From positions 558,001 through 622,000 of the forward strand of contig CDROCS010000960.1 in assembly GCA_977020255.1 (NCBI GenBank): 64,000 bases of DNA, given 5' to 3'. The notes below the pieces were generated by a model. It saw only the letters and a list, made by a program, of their open reading frames with translations, did not search any database and was not told the DNA's origin. The DNA comes from Obrimoposthia wandeli (lineage: Eukaryota). Positions 48,362-60,700 of this stretch are shown here, one piece after another (positions within the stretch are counted from its first letter, which is position 1; every line of letters starts with the position of its first letter). The position numbers and the translations under genes are program-made.

Positions 48362-49149
48362 CAGCCAATAATTATTATTATTATTATGTAGATATAACAT
48401 GCATCCCAGATTTGTTAGAGTATCATATAAAATAGCAACGGGTATTGCTAAAAGATTATTCTGCAGTATATAAGTTTTAATGTGATATTACATTTAAAAA
48501 AAAAACTCTAACTCAAATTTTTCTAGAGAAAATGATGTATTAATGGAGATGAAACAGACTTGTGAAATTGAGTTCGTACTATTGATAGCGAAGATATTGA
48601 ATTACAGCATCATTACGAGCTGGCTTACAGAATTTAGAGGAAATCTTCAGTGTCTGTCTTGGCGCTATCATTTAGAGATTTTCGAGGGAAACTCTAAAAC
48701 AAATAGCTCCAGAATCTTCTCAGTTCACACGAACAGAGGCAAATATTGGTTCTTCAGCTTAATTTCCCAATGTCTGTCTGGTCGCGCTTCGTGGCTAGAG
48801 GACAATTCGACAGAAGCGGTGCTAGAACCACTCTGCACTAGTTCTCGGTATTGCTGCATTGTTTGCTGGCAGGCAGCGCATCCTCACCCAAGTCTATGTC
48901 GTCATCATTATCGTCTTCTTCCTCCTCTTCCCATCGCGATGACGCCCATATCAACGCTGAGTATTTTTCAAGATTGTCAACTCGTGAAGAAAGTCTGTCT
49001 TGTGTGTGTGGGACTTTGTGTGCGACTGAAATCAGAAATCCGTCTTTCGTTTAAACAGCTGATCTCATTATGCTATTCATACACAATATCATTTTATCCC
49101 TGAATACTGGTTCATTTTATCATTATCACGAATGTGTGATGGGTTACTT

Positions 49150-49520
49150 GAGCCAGTAATTTATTTATTCGTTTATTTGATTGTCATAAAAGTTGCTATA
49201 GTATCACTGGCTCCAACTTAAATACATTAAATAATTTTCTTTCAAGACATTCCACCTTATACATTGAATATAAATGATAAAGTCTTCAAAATTTATAAAA
49301 TTTCTGATATCTATAGAATCTTATCATAATTCTGTTACTTGAAAATTTCCAAACCAGTCTGCTGTCATCATCGTTACTCCTAAGATGCATATACATGCTC
49401 ACTGCACCAGGCTCGAGAGAATCAATCAAATATTTGGGCTTTTGTGAGAGAATTTTTTTGATAATGTATAGGACCTAAAATTCAATTTTGGCATTGATCA
49501 GCAGCCAATGGAGGTAAATG
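49150..49520 (-). pseudogene. L2/CR1-clade LINE ORF2 C-terminal relic
   Basis: LHWLLINAKIEF*VLYIIKKILSQKPKYLIDSL; similar to 700-1050. Confidence 0.55.
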
Positions 49521-50181
49521 AAATGTTCGCTTGTACTATCATTTTTCTTTCATTTGAATGTAATTCTGGCGGCTGTGTTTAATACTGTTTTCAAGAAATT
49601 TAATTATTAAGCTTAAATATTAAACAGTACAGAATTTTCAAAACCGAGTTTTGAGTACGCAACCAATGTCTTCATTTTACTTTTCAATTTAATAATATTT
49701 TCATAGACAAATTCTAAATGTTTTTCTTAAACTGATTGATTATCATGAGCCAAATTAATATTTTATGTGTGTTTTCAAAATCCTTGTAGTTTAACTATTT
49801 ATAAAATTTCTTTGTTTTTATCTAATTTGATTTATTTCTGTTATGGTTGTAGCAAAATTTTGGTAGGGACCTATGGCTATGGTTATTTTATTTTAGATAA
49901 TAGATACATTGTTTATTCATCTAAATTTAGAAATTTAATTTAAAACAACAATTGCTTTATGTAGCGATGTTAACCAGCAGATTGTACTGTTGCCGTAAAC
50001 TCAAAAACTATATATGGGGTTGTACCATTCAGAGTAACAAAATAATCTGAACGGATTAATTTAAATATTTGACAGTTGAATATAGAATGCCCAAGAAACA
50101 CCTTGAATAATAAATTTATTAAAGGGGTTTAGTTTGAAAGTCACTCACTGAAAACAAGTTGAATTTGGTGACTTAGATAAA

Positions 50182-50412
50182 ATGGAGAAATACGATAAAT
50201 TAGTTAAAAATACGATTGAGGAAATTATAAATGAAACAATAAATGGAGTTCAATACTTTTCAGATTTTGATGAAGATAGTCGTGGTCATCTTAAAGAAAT
50301 AGTTCGCTCACATGTCACATGTCAAAATATTTGTTCATACATGATGTATATAACTTTTTCTGTATCAATTTTTAATTCATTTTTGTTGTATATATTAATA
50401 AAAGGCTTATAA
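50182..50412 (+). CDS. Small ORF with hydrophobic C-terminus upstream of the ATPase relic
   Basis: 76-aa ATG ORF ending YMMYITFSVSIFNSFLLYILIKGL, 40 bp before the ATPase relic. Confidence 0.35.
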   Translation: MEKYDKLVKNTIEEIINETINGVQYFSDFDEDSRGHLKEIVRSHVTCQNICSYMMYITFSVSIFNSFLLYILIKGL

Positions 50413-50450
50413 ACAATATTTTTATTCTTAAATTTTATTCTTAATCAATT

Positions 50451-50760
50451 ATGAAATACAAAAATGATGCGGTATATCAGATAGGGGACCCAGTGATAGT
50501 GGTAAAACACATTTTGTAACTAAATTATTACAAAACTATAAAATTCTTAATAATCGATTTAATAAGATTTATTGGCATTATGGTGATGTTTGCGAATCTG
50601 GGTTAACGAGAAGTGAATCAGATAAACTTAAAAACATAAAATGTATGAATGTTTTCGATCAAAACTGGTTTAAACGGTTTAAGCGTGATGATGTTATAGT
50701 AATTGATGACTTGTATGAAGAAGCAAATAAAGAGTCAAACTTTAATAATTTATTCACTAA
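50451..50760 (+). pseudogene. Polinton packaging ATPase relic
   Basis: GPSDSGKTHFVTKLL (frameshifted), NKIYWHYG, DDVIVIDDLYEEANKESNFNNLFTK. Confidence 0.85.
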
Positions 50761-50781
50761 ACAAACAACTTCTTGACAATA

Positions 50782-50905
50782 CAGTAATTATTCACCTATA
50801 AGGGGTCCCATAAGTGCCTATAAATAATGCATCTATAAGTGATTCGGTGTCGGTCTCTCTCAAAAACATGTTTTAATGAATACCCTTACAGGTGAATAAT
50901 TACTG
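50782..50905. mobile_element. 124-bp Tc1/mariner-type MITE
   Basis: TIR CAGTAATTATTCACCT(A/G)TAAGGG at both ends; TA duplicated at 50780-50781 and 50906-50907. Confidence 0.8.
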
Positions 50906-53247
50906 TAATGCACTTATTGTTAGTTTACTTTTCAACACTGTATGAGCTAAGGGGGAATCATACTGGTTTAAACTTCCATCACAGTCAGATTTGTTAATGT
51001 GTAGCATACAAGTTGCATTTGTAATCTTACTACCTCCCACAGTTGTCCTTACGTCCTTTGCTTTATGTGCTAATCTACTAGTTGGTAGTCGGCTTTCTTC
51101 AATAACTCAAGTCTTAACTAACTTTCTGTCATCTGTCATTTGTTCTTCATAAAGTATACTAAATTAGAAGCTACAGTCACATGACCCTGTCTAGACTTTC
51201 TCTAATATTTTGGTCAGACGTGTTTTAAAATTTGACCAATCCTGTCGGTACTGTTTGATGTCTGGTCTGTAAAATAGACAGACGATTTAAATGTAATAAT
51301 GTTGTTGATAGCATTTGAAATAATAAGTAAAGTGGGTTAATGGATTTCAGACTGCAATGAAGAATGTAAACTGGCTCGGCTTATATGCCTCAAATACAAA
51401 ATGGATATGGATACTATACAAATGGATAGGTATCATACAGAGATGTAACTGGGGTTACCATGCATACGTAATGTATGACAACGCCCACCTTTCAGAAATG
51501 CCTTTTATTATTTTTTTATTCTATGCAAAAAATACTTGTGTATCTTTTAACAACAAAATTAAATTGCACTTTTTTTAAAATTTCAAGTACTAAGCAGTTG
51601 GCAAAATGTGTTGTAAACTTCATTGGGAATATCAAAAGTGGCAAGCCTACAGATAAACAACGATGGTGTATTAAAATTAAGTTGAAAGTTGGACGTATGA
51701 AATGACAAGCTCACTGAGCGAAACAGTTTAGTTTGGCCAAGAGAAATGTATTTGTTTCAAATTTGTATAAGTTGTAGACAATTTTATTATGTACTATCCA
51801 TAAACATCAGTAATAAATATACGACATATAAAATAAGATTATTATGAATAAAAATTGTATTGGATTAAAATTGATTTCATTTCAAATCAGATTTTAATGA
51901 TGAACTCGTTTTTCGGTGACAACATCGATCAAAGCCAGAAACACATCTGGATGTATCCAACTCTTTTTCTTTAACTTGTTCAAGTGAACAGAATGTCGAA
52001 ACTAAGTTAAATTAAATCATAAATGGAAATATTTCTATCTCTGATTAAAATTCAATTATTTTGTTAATAAACTTTGGGTTTTGGATGGTATATTTACATT
52101 TTGAAACTGTACAATAATGTGAATTACAGACAGAAAAACGATGTCATAAAGTAAAACTTATTATAAAGTGTTAAATAAAGAACTTTTATCGAAAAAAAAA
52201 CTGTTTAATTTTAAATGAATAATTAACATATATAGATATACTTAAAATACACTTACAAAATATGTAGGATACCAAATATCTGCCATGATTTTTAATTTGT
52301 TTTTCAAACTTTTGTTAAAACAAATGTGAACAATTCAATTTCATAAATCAACTTCAGCGCTTGCAAGTGTTCGTTTGTTAAAAAGAACCATGGAATTTGT
52401 TACAAACATTTGTAGTTTTGTTACTTAGTTACATTATATATTTTTGCATTTCATTTAAACAACGACACACATATGAAGTTATTGTTAGTGGCGAGATAAA
52501 ATAGTGTTTGGTTCCAAAAAACGGACAAATAACCTTTTTTAAATTAAAAATATTAAAATTAAAATTATTTCATTCAACAACAAACTCTCGACATTATTAT
52601 TTTAATTTCAATGTCAATATTTTCTGACCTACTACAAATAAATTAACATTCAATACATTGATTTATTGTCTATTGAATAAGCTACTTTTCAGATACTATA
52701 TTACAGTATTACTATAAATGTATTTAACTTTATAGTAAAGTTCTTGAGAACAATGTAGCTGGAAAATCATTTATAAAATATAGGTTTTATGTGGTTGATA
52801 ATGCAACACCACATAGAAGTAATGTCTCAAACCGTTTTGTCACAAACCAATAAATATATAAGACAAAAGTTGTGGAGGTACAATATTTTATTTACCTTAG
52901 CGAGAATTATCAAATTCCCCGCTCAAGAATATATAAAAATAGGAAACATGAATAAAAGACTAACTCTAGTAAAAGGTTCCCCTGAGGAGTACCCTTTACT
53001 GCAAATATATTTTGAGGCAGTACGCACGATTTCAAGACTTTTTAAATATCGCCCCATTACAAATTTTCCCGATTATACAGGGTCAAATATCTCGCTATTC
53101 TATAAGAGGGGAGCCCTGCATGACCGTGCAGCACCTTTGGTAATGAAAATGTTAAGTATACTTTTGTTTATAGTGAAACGACAATAAAACTACACTCAAT
53201 AAATATTAAACTTTCTTATGTTCTCCTGTAATTTTCCATATAGGCTT

Positions 53248-53652
53248 CTATCTTCCGAGCTTATCAAATTTGAAACCTTGAATTTGTATGAATAAAATCC
53301 AATAATTGCTTTTGGGAAACTCTCTATCAGAGTAATTATATATTCCTGCGAATAAATTTTCATCGGCTTTAATGAAAGCACTGACGTTTTCAATTTTGAA
53401 GTCCAATTTCCTTCCTTTGAAAATAGCATTAATATGATTTATATCCGTATTGTGAATTCTTGAGATTACATAATTAAACTTGGATTTTGTTAGCATGACA
53501 GGGTATTGAAATCTATAGGTTACAGGCATCTTGAGAAAATTCAATGAATAATTAAAGTAAGATACCGCTTCATTAAACACGTTTTCATTGAAAATATCTT
53601 CTAATTCCGTATCATCGGAATCTATATGGATTGTGTTAACCTTGGTTAACAT
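53248..53652 (-). CDS. Hypothetical ORF or gene relic (134 aa), divergent from the polB relic
   Basis: Protein-like composition (IDSDDTELEDIFNENVF...); no family recognised; non-ATG start. Confidence 0.3.
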   Translation of the reverse strand: MLTKVNTIHIDSDDTELEDIFNENVFNEAVSYFNYSLNFLKMPVTYRFQYPVMLTKSKFNYVISRIHNTDINHINAIFKGRKLDFKIENVSAFIKADENLFAGIYNYSDREFPKSNYWILFIQIQGFKFDKLGR

Positions 53653-53742
53653 TAAGCATTATGTAATAAATTTTCGTTTACTACAATTCTATGGTTTTCT
53701 TGGTGTTGAAATCTTTAAAATTAATTAGGCTAATCGGTATAG

Positions 53743-54590
53743 ACAAGCACTTGTTTTAAAACAACATATAGATTTTAATTCAAACAAGCGGGCAACGAAT
53801 GTCAATAAATTTGAATATGAATTTTATAAGTTAAAAAATAATTTCGTTTACGGTAAAACGGTTGAGAATCTTAAGAGGCGACTTGATATTAGATTATGTA
53901 ATAACGATAAACGGCTTGAAAAATTAGTTTCAAGTCCTTGGTTTAAACGTCATACTCAAATAAATGAGGATTTAAATTTAGTTTTTATTCAGAAACAGGA
54001 AATATGTTTAGACCAGCCTTGCTATATTGGTCAAGCTGTATTTGATTTATATAAATTACGAATGTATAAATTACAATATGTTGAGTTTGAACGGTATAGG
54101 CAAACTTTTAATTGTAGTATTCGAATTGTAGCTATGGACACAGATTCTTTTTTCCTTGAGTGTGTGAATATTAATAAGGATAAATTACTCAAAGAAATGA
54201 TTAAGGATGGGTATTTAGATGCGAGTAGTTATCCTAAAATACATCCCTTGTATTCAGTAAACTTTAAAGCTGTGATTGGAAAATTTAAAGATGAAAGTGA
54301 GGGTACTGATTATAATGAATGGGATTTCTTAAACCAAAATGTTATTCACTTCAAAATAAATTAGGGGCTAAGGGTATTTCTTTAAAAACAAACAAACTGA
54401 AGACAACAAGACTACCTCAATTGTTATGAAAATGAAGAAATTATTAGTGTTAACCAGTCACGTATATCATTATTAATCATCAGCTTCACACAACATTTAC
54501 CTCTGAGGTTGCGTTAAAATATTTTAATGATAAAATGAGATGGGTTAGTAAGAATAAAAGCCTTGCTTATGGTCATTTCAATTTAACTTA
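53743..54590 (+). pseudogene. Polinton polB C-terminal relic
   Basis: FYKLKNNFVYGKTVENLKRR, AMDTDSFF, IGKFKDESEG, KSLAYGHF. Confidence 0.9.
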
Positions 54591-57099
54591 ACAATTTGTA
54601 ACATAAGATATATTTAGATTGTGGTGTTGTCTGATTTTTATATTTCATGTTGTATATTATTATTGTTATCATTTGTGTACATGCACACACATTCATTTGA
54701 ATATAATACAACTCTCTTGTCTTATGTAGATTTATTTATTATATAGGATTAATTTCACTTGTTACCCAATAATATTGAAATTAGGTTTTTATATATCTAA
54801 ACACTTTAGTTTTAAAATCATTTCATCATCATGACTTCTCATTTAAGCTCTTGGATATGTTATGTGGTCTATGCATTAACATTAAAGAATATATCTTCAA
54901 ATTATATACCAATCAATATTTTTCAATATATTGTGCTCTTAGAACTTTGAAGTTACATGATTTTGAAACTATTTCACTACCATCATAGTAAAGTTTTATT
55001 TTTCAATATTTTTTAAACATTTAAAAGCTATGGAGATATTGAATATTATCATCGCCATGAAACTCCATATTGTAATCATGTGAATAAATGATTTTAATTA
55101 TTTATTTATTTATTTTATTATTATTAAAATTTCAAAAGCCAAAGGTGCGGCCCGATCATGCAAGGCTCCCCTTTTAGGAGGCTCCGTAAGTGAGACTTGG
55201 GTCACTTAAAATCATATAAAATGGCGCTATATTTGACCTTGTGTACACCGTGAAAATTTGTAAAGTCTATATTTGAAAAAGTCTTGAAATCGTGCATACT
55301 TCCCCAAAATAGATTTACAGAAAGAGTGGGAGGTGACAGTATGCATTATTTCTGAGACTTTATGAGTCATTTTGAGTCATTTTGATCAAAAAATCACCTT
55401 ATATAGACATTATTTTAAGATATTTAGTGTTGTTCCTGCCCCAATGGAAAATAGCCTCTCCCGATGAGCTTTGATCCTTTAGAGACAAAAACAACACTAT
55501 ATACTACTATATATAGATTAGCTTTTCTTCTTCAAAGGCCTCGCCATGTTTACTTTGGTAATGTCTATGAAAACCCCAAAAACTATATAAACCAAAGTTC
55601 GCTTTGTATAGTTAGTTATTAATAATTCAAATATTTTTGTCATTGCGAAGTCTAATTTGTTGGCCTAATTTTTTTTTAATTAATTTATTTATCTTTATGT
55701 CATTTCATTAATAGCGTAATATTTTCTTGAACGTTGTTTTCTAATTTCTATTTTTTTCATCCAATTTACACAAATATTGCCTAAAATATATTGGAAATTA
55801 AGACAATTTTTTCTCCAAATTCTTCCTTGGATCCCTTTAATCTTTTAATGCAAAATTTGGAGAACTGAATAAGTGATTAAAGATGAATATGTAAAGTCAC
55901 AATACACACTACGCTGCAGTCCCTTAGCAATTGAGTATTGACAACTGAGTCATCTGAGTCCCCCAAGCGCATCGCATTCGGTCCAATAGTCCGGTTGCGA
56001 ATATTTCTTTTATCGTGGATGAGATAAAGAACAAGAAAATCTTCTAAAAAGCTCAGCCTATATAGTTTAGAGCGGTTTCCTCACCTGTTCCTGGTTGCAT
56101 CCTATTCGATTTCGATAGAATTTCGTTCATTATAGAAATGATAATCTTCAGACTGAAAACGAATAAAGGGCCATTTTATTTGTTTAATGCAATTTGTCTA
56201 AAATATGTCAGCATCTTCGTGTTGTGTAGGTTTAGTCCCGTATATTTTTATCGTCCCTTTTTTTTCAGAATTTCAATTGCTCTGAGTCTTGCCTGCACTG
56301 TATTTCTGACCATGTAGATTGTTATATGGCTGTATATTGTTGTAATACTCCAATATTCAAGGTCACTTACTGATATGACCCGTCTCCATTTGTGGACAGC
56401 TCCGCTTTGCCGATAACGTACCAGACGCAAGCGAGCCAATGGGCACAAAGAGCGAATGCTGACATCAGAAGAGCAAGAAGAACGCTACTGTATTCTGCGC
56501 CGGTCGATCTTCTGCAAAAGTCGGATAAGCCTCACCAGTCGAGCCAGTTTCATCATTTGGATCCGTGTACCCTGCATTAGAGTCACCAATTGAATATAAA
56601 CTGAATTCATAAACTATAAATAAGGTCTATTCAAAAATTTGTAAAGCCACCTTTTAGATGAAATCTTTCGCTAATATTTGATATAAAATTCTGTATATTT
56701 GATTTAAGCTTTCTGAAACTATCATTTATCGTATCGTCATTGGTTTTATCGAATTAATTTGAAATTATTTTAAAAATATTTAGCCAGTCACTTCATTTAA
56801 AATGGATCAAGTAAATTCAACTGTTATTAAACTGCTATATGTAAGATGAAATATACGTCAAAAGTGATGTTTATCCTATACGTAAACTTTTCAACTTAAA
56901 TTTGAAGATATTCATGGAATACTTTTACCGGTTGTTGTTATAGTAAATATGTCAATAATTGGCTGATAAACTCCCTGCAAGTGTAAAAAATGTATGAAAT
57001 CTTTTTATAATGGAAAATATGTACTTATGACAGTTCTAGCCATATCTGCAACATAATTGGAAATTAGAAATAATTTATGACATTGTCTCGTATCCCGAA

Positions 57100-57760
57100 T
57101 ATTTAGCATGCGGTATTCTCTAGGTTGATTCTCGGTTCAATCATATTCTCGATTTAATCTTTCATAATTGTAATAATTATTAAGAAATATAATATTAATT
57201 TTCATCCTATGCGGATGAAACACAAATTTATGTTTAATCTATAAAATTACATTTTCTGAAATGAAAAATCTTTTTTTAATTAAATAGCTGTATGGATGAA
57301 GATGAATGAAAGTAAAACCGATGCTATATTATTTGGATCTGAATTAATAAATAGCGTATTAAAAATAATAGTTTCCTCAAATTTCGGTTTTATTCCTTGA
57401 TGAAATGAATTATGATGGAGTCTAAAATAAGAAAGGGAAATTAATTTGAATAATACTGAAAATTATAAAGCATATAAGCTCAGTATATAAACTTTTGAAA
57501 AAGAAATATGTTAAAAATGAAAGCTCACAGTAGTAACAAATCAATAAAAATATTCGGAAAATTTGAGTTAAACTCAAAATCGTAACCTCTAAACAAAAAA
57601 TAAAATTAATTAACTTATATTCAAACTAAAGAAAGTAGTAGTACAAGTAAGCATTTAATGAATCTCCATTAACTACCGATCAAGGATAGATTTTAATTCA
57701 AGATTATAGTTATTTTTAATGTTTTGTGCACAAAGTCCAAATAGTTATATGATCTTCTTG
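57100..57760 (+). pseudogene. L2/CR1-clade LINE reverse transcriptase relic
   Basis: Degenerate GVPQGSILGP-like segment near 57112, YADETQIY at about 57208, NLH*LPIKDR near 57660. Confidence 0.65.
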
Positions 57761-60700
57761 ATCGTGGTCCAAGGAGACATATATATATGCATCTTATGAG
57801 CTACGAGGGATACCTGCATATTGGTTAAGAAATTCTATAATATTAAACAGTGATGGAATATTTTAAAATGTATACTCCAAACCTCCAACTGAAAATGCTT
57901 TTGAGTGAAAAAACTGATGTAATTGTTATTATTAATTTATTCGTTTAAATATTTTACAGCATTTTCCATAAATCATGTTTATTAAGAAAATATAGTAAGT
58001 TTTTGATAAATCTCATAAAATTCAACTTCAGAAATTAATATGCATAAAATTTTATTTATCTTAAAGAAAAATTGTTTTAATTTTAGAAAATCTATCTTCA
58101 GTAGATTTATATAATTAGACTTCACTAGTAAATGCCTTTAATTTTTAATTTTGAAACCCAACAGTTTTAAACAGTAACCAGGTTTTCATATTGAAAACAA
58201 ATCAATTACTACTTTTAAAAACATATTCGATTCTATAATCATTGTTTATTATGTACAGCTGCCATCGGTGTATTGACCAATTAATTATACAAGTAATGTA
58301 TTCTTCGAATGAATGAAAATTTATATTTACATTGTGTACTTGTGCTTACAAAATAGAAAAATAAACAACTTTTATTTCGAGGTTTCATTTCGTTACATGG
58401 TTTAAAGTTATTGATGAAATATAGAGTCAGATAAAATGACTGGAAACAATTGTCATATTTACTGCTCTTAACTTTGAACACTTAACCTGATGAAAGACCA
58501 AAGTGTTTGTTTAATCTAAAATAACATAATTTTTAATTGAAAATTTTCAAACCTAGGTTTTATTACAATATTTAGTTGTTTAAAACGGAAGATGTTGTTT
58601 ATTTGATTTTAAAGGTTAAGATTTATTCTAAAATAAATTTAACTATCGACATTTAGATCTTGTCTTTACTCAAGTAAATATTCTCTAATCGAAATTGCAT
58701 CGATATACTCCAGTTCCAATAAATATTGAACTAAATTTTTCAAATTTATTTCTTTAAATTGTTCAAAACTATATTTATACAAACTACTTAGTTTAAATTT
58801 GGATATAGTTTTTATATTTCAAAATTTATATTATTAATTGTTTGGAATATGTGGGTATAGTTTTGTTTTTATAACTTTGATAGTATTTAATTTTATTCCC
58901 GTCTATTTATCGTTATGTACCCTAAGTTTTAATACTCAATGTTTACTGTATAATTCCAATATAGGTAAAATTTCAATAACACAGTGTATTGAATATTAAA
59001 TTTATAATTCATGTATCAGACTGCGCAGTAAGGTTTGACACTGCTTCGAGTGGTAGAGCACCCAAAGGAAATGAAATCGAAATGAGAACGAAATCCAGAA
59101 CTAGCAACTTTATTTAAAGATTGCATTTTACAGCGTAATTGAACTAATCCACCCGTATTCAGCATCAAGATATCGGTGCATCAAATATATCCACTGGTAT
59201 CGAACTCCTTTGAAACTGACCTTGTTTTCCTAACGAATTGTGGCTATATTTGCGCCTCACATTTGAAGGCAGACTACTTTATATTGTTGTCATTTGATTT
59301 ATTATCTGATCCCGCAAATTGACCATGAAATGTTCAGTCAGCCGAAAAATAGACCCACTTTGACCCATAGTCGTCGGGGATACTTATTTGATCTAATAAC
59401 AATTTCTCTTACCTCTGGACACCGCGATTTGTACTACGACATAACCTGTAAAATCTGCACACCATGTTGATGTTTGATTTGAGGTCAATGAAGTCATAAA
59501 TAAAGATGTCTCCATGAATTTCCAGAAAATTGTATTGATGGAATATTGACTTAAATTATAATGTTTAAATAAAAAACTATTTGACAAAGTTACAACATAT
59601 GAAAATGGAAGAAATTTAATAATAAGTCAATTAACTTTCTATAATCAATCCTTCTGTAGTATATATTTAAATTTATATAGCTTGTAATTGTTTTCTCTTT
59701 ACATTAGCTTATTAAAAAAAAAACATTTAATTAAAATTAAAGTTGTGTTTAGAGAAATGTAATATTCTTATTTATGTACTCTGCAAACTTTGTTTAAAAA
59801 ATATTTTTCTATTGTTTACCATTTTTGGGAAAAGTATTTCATAAAATAATGTATAAAAGAAAAAAAATGTTAAAAAAGTGATTATTTATTCATTTTCTTT
59901 TTGATTAGATTTATATTGAGATATCTGGCACTGTTTTCAGATATTGATCTAAAAATTCGGTGTTACTGTGCTTAGTTTAGTGCAGATCGCAGTTCTGCTG
60001 CTGCCATATGATCCTGAAGTTTAGAGTTCGATACTTCGACTTTAACATTGTTAGCTCCGATACCTCTATCACAAACCATTTCTCATCTTCTAATACGGTT
60101 TCATTTTTTTACATGATTTGGCTTCGGCTTCAAAATGATTATATCAGCCTCCCAAATTTCTTCTTTATGGACATTTTCTGATCATTGTCGAAAAATTATA
60201 AATATCAAAGTTATCGGTCTTATGAAAATCTCTTTACAATGTTTAGAAATTCTTGCAGTATATCAGCAATATCTAGTGTTATTTTTGTTAGAATAAGAAA
60301 GTAGTAAAATATATTATATATAGTGAAGTTTGACCTAGAAAAACATAGTTAAATTGGAAATAAATTAAAATACGCTAAAAAATAAAATTAGAGTATATGA
60401 AATTAGAAATAAATTGAGATCTTGAGGTGATCATACAATGTATAAAAAAGATTAAACAATGTTCAAAAACGCCGGACAATAGAAGATAGAGTTATAGAAA
60501 GTGCAAGAATCAAGCAAACATGACCAGACAGGTATTTATCGATTTTATAGTCAGCTGATTGATATAGCCAACCTAGGTAGCAGCCATAACTTGGAAATCC
60601 TACATCTGGTAGCGTGGCAATCACTGTAACCGCTGCCGAAGCAGATTAACCAATTTTAGCAGTAGAAAACATATAAAATGACTAAGTGAATTATTTAAAC

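Noticed and set aside
48543-49103. 186-aa ORF and overlapping Ser-rich or acidic frames just right of the palindromic element
   Set aside because: No recognisable domain; alternative frames have stop densities near chance; the real strand and frame cannot be decided
51290-51720. Possible LTR-retrotransposon integrase relic (GLP...DNA)
   Set aside because: Too degenerate to call with confidence
51900-52010. WIHPDVFLAL on the minus strand, reminiscent of KilA-N
   Set aside because: A single short motif with no supporting ORF
55138-55200. Superficial U1 snRNA-like words (CTTAC...GGGGAG...CATGATC) on the minus strand
   Set aside because: No Sm site or remaining stem-loops; better explained as part of a dispersed repeat
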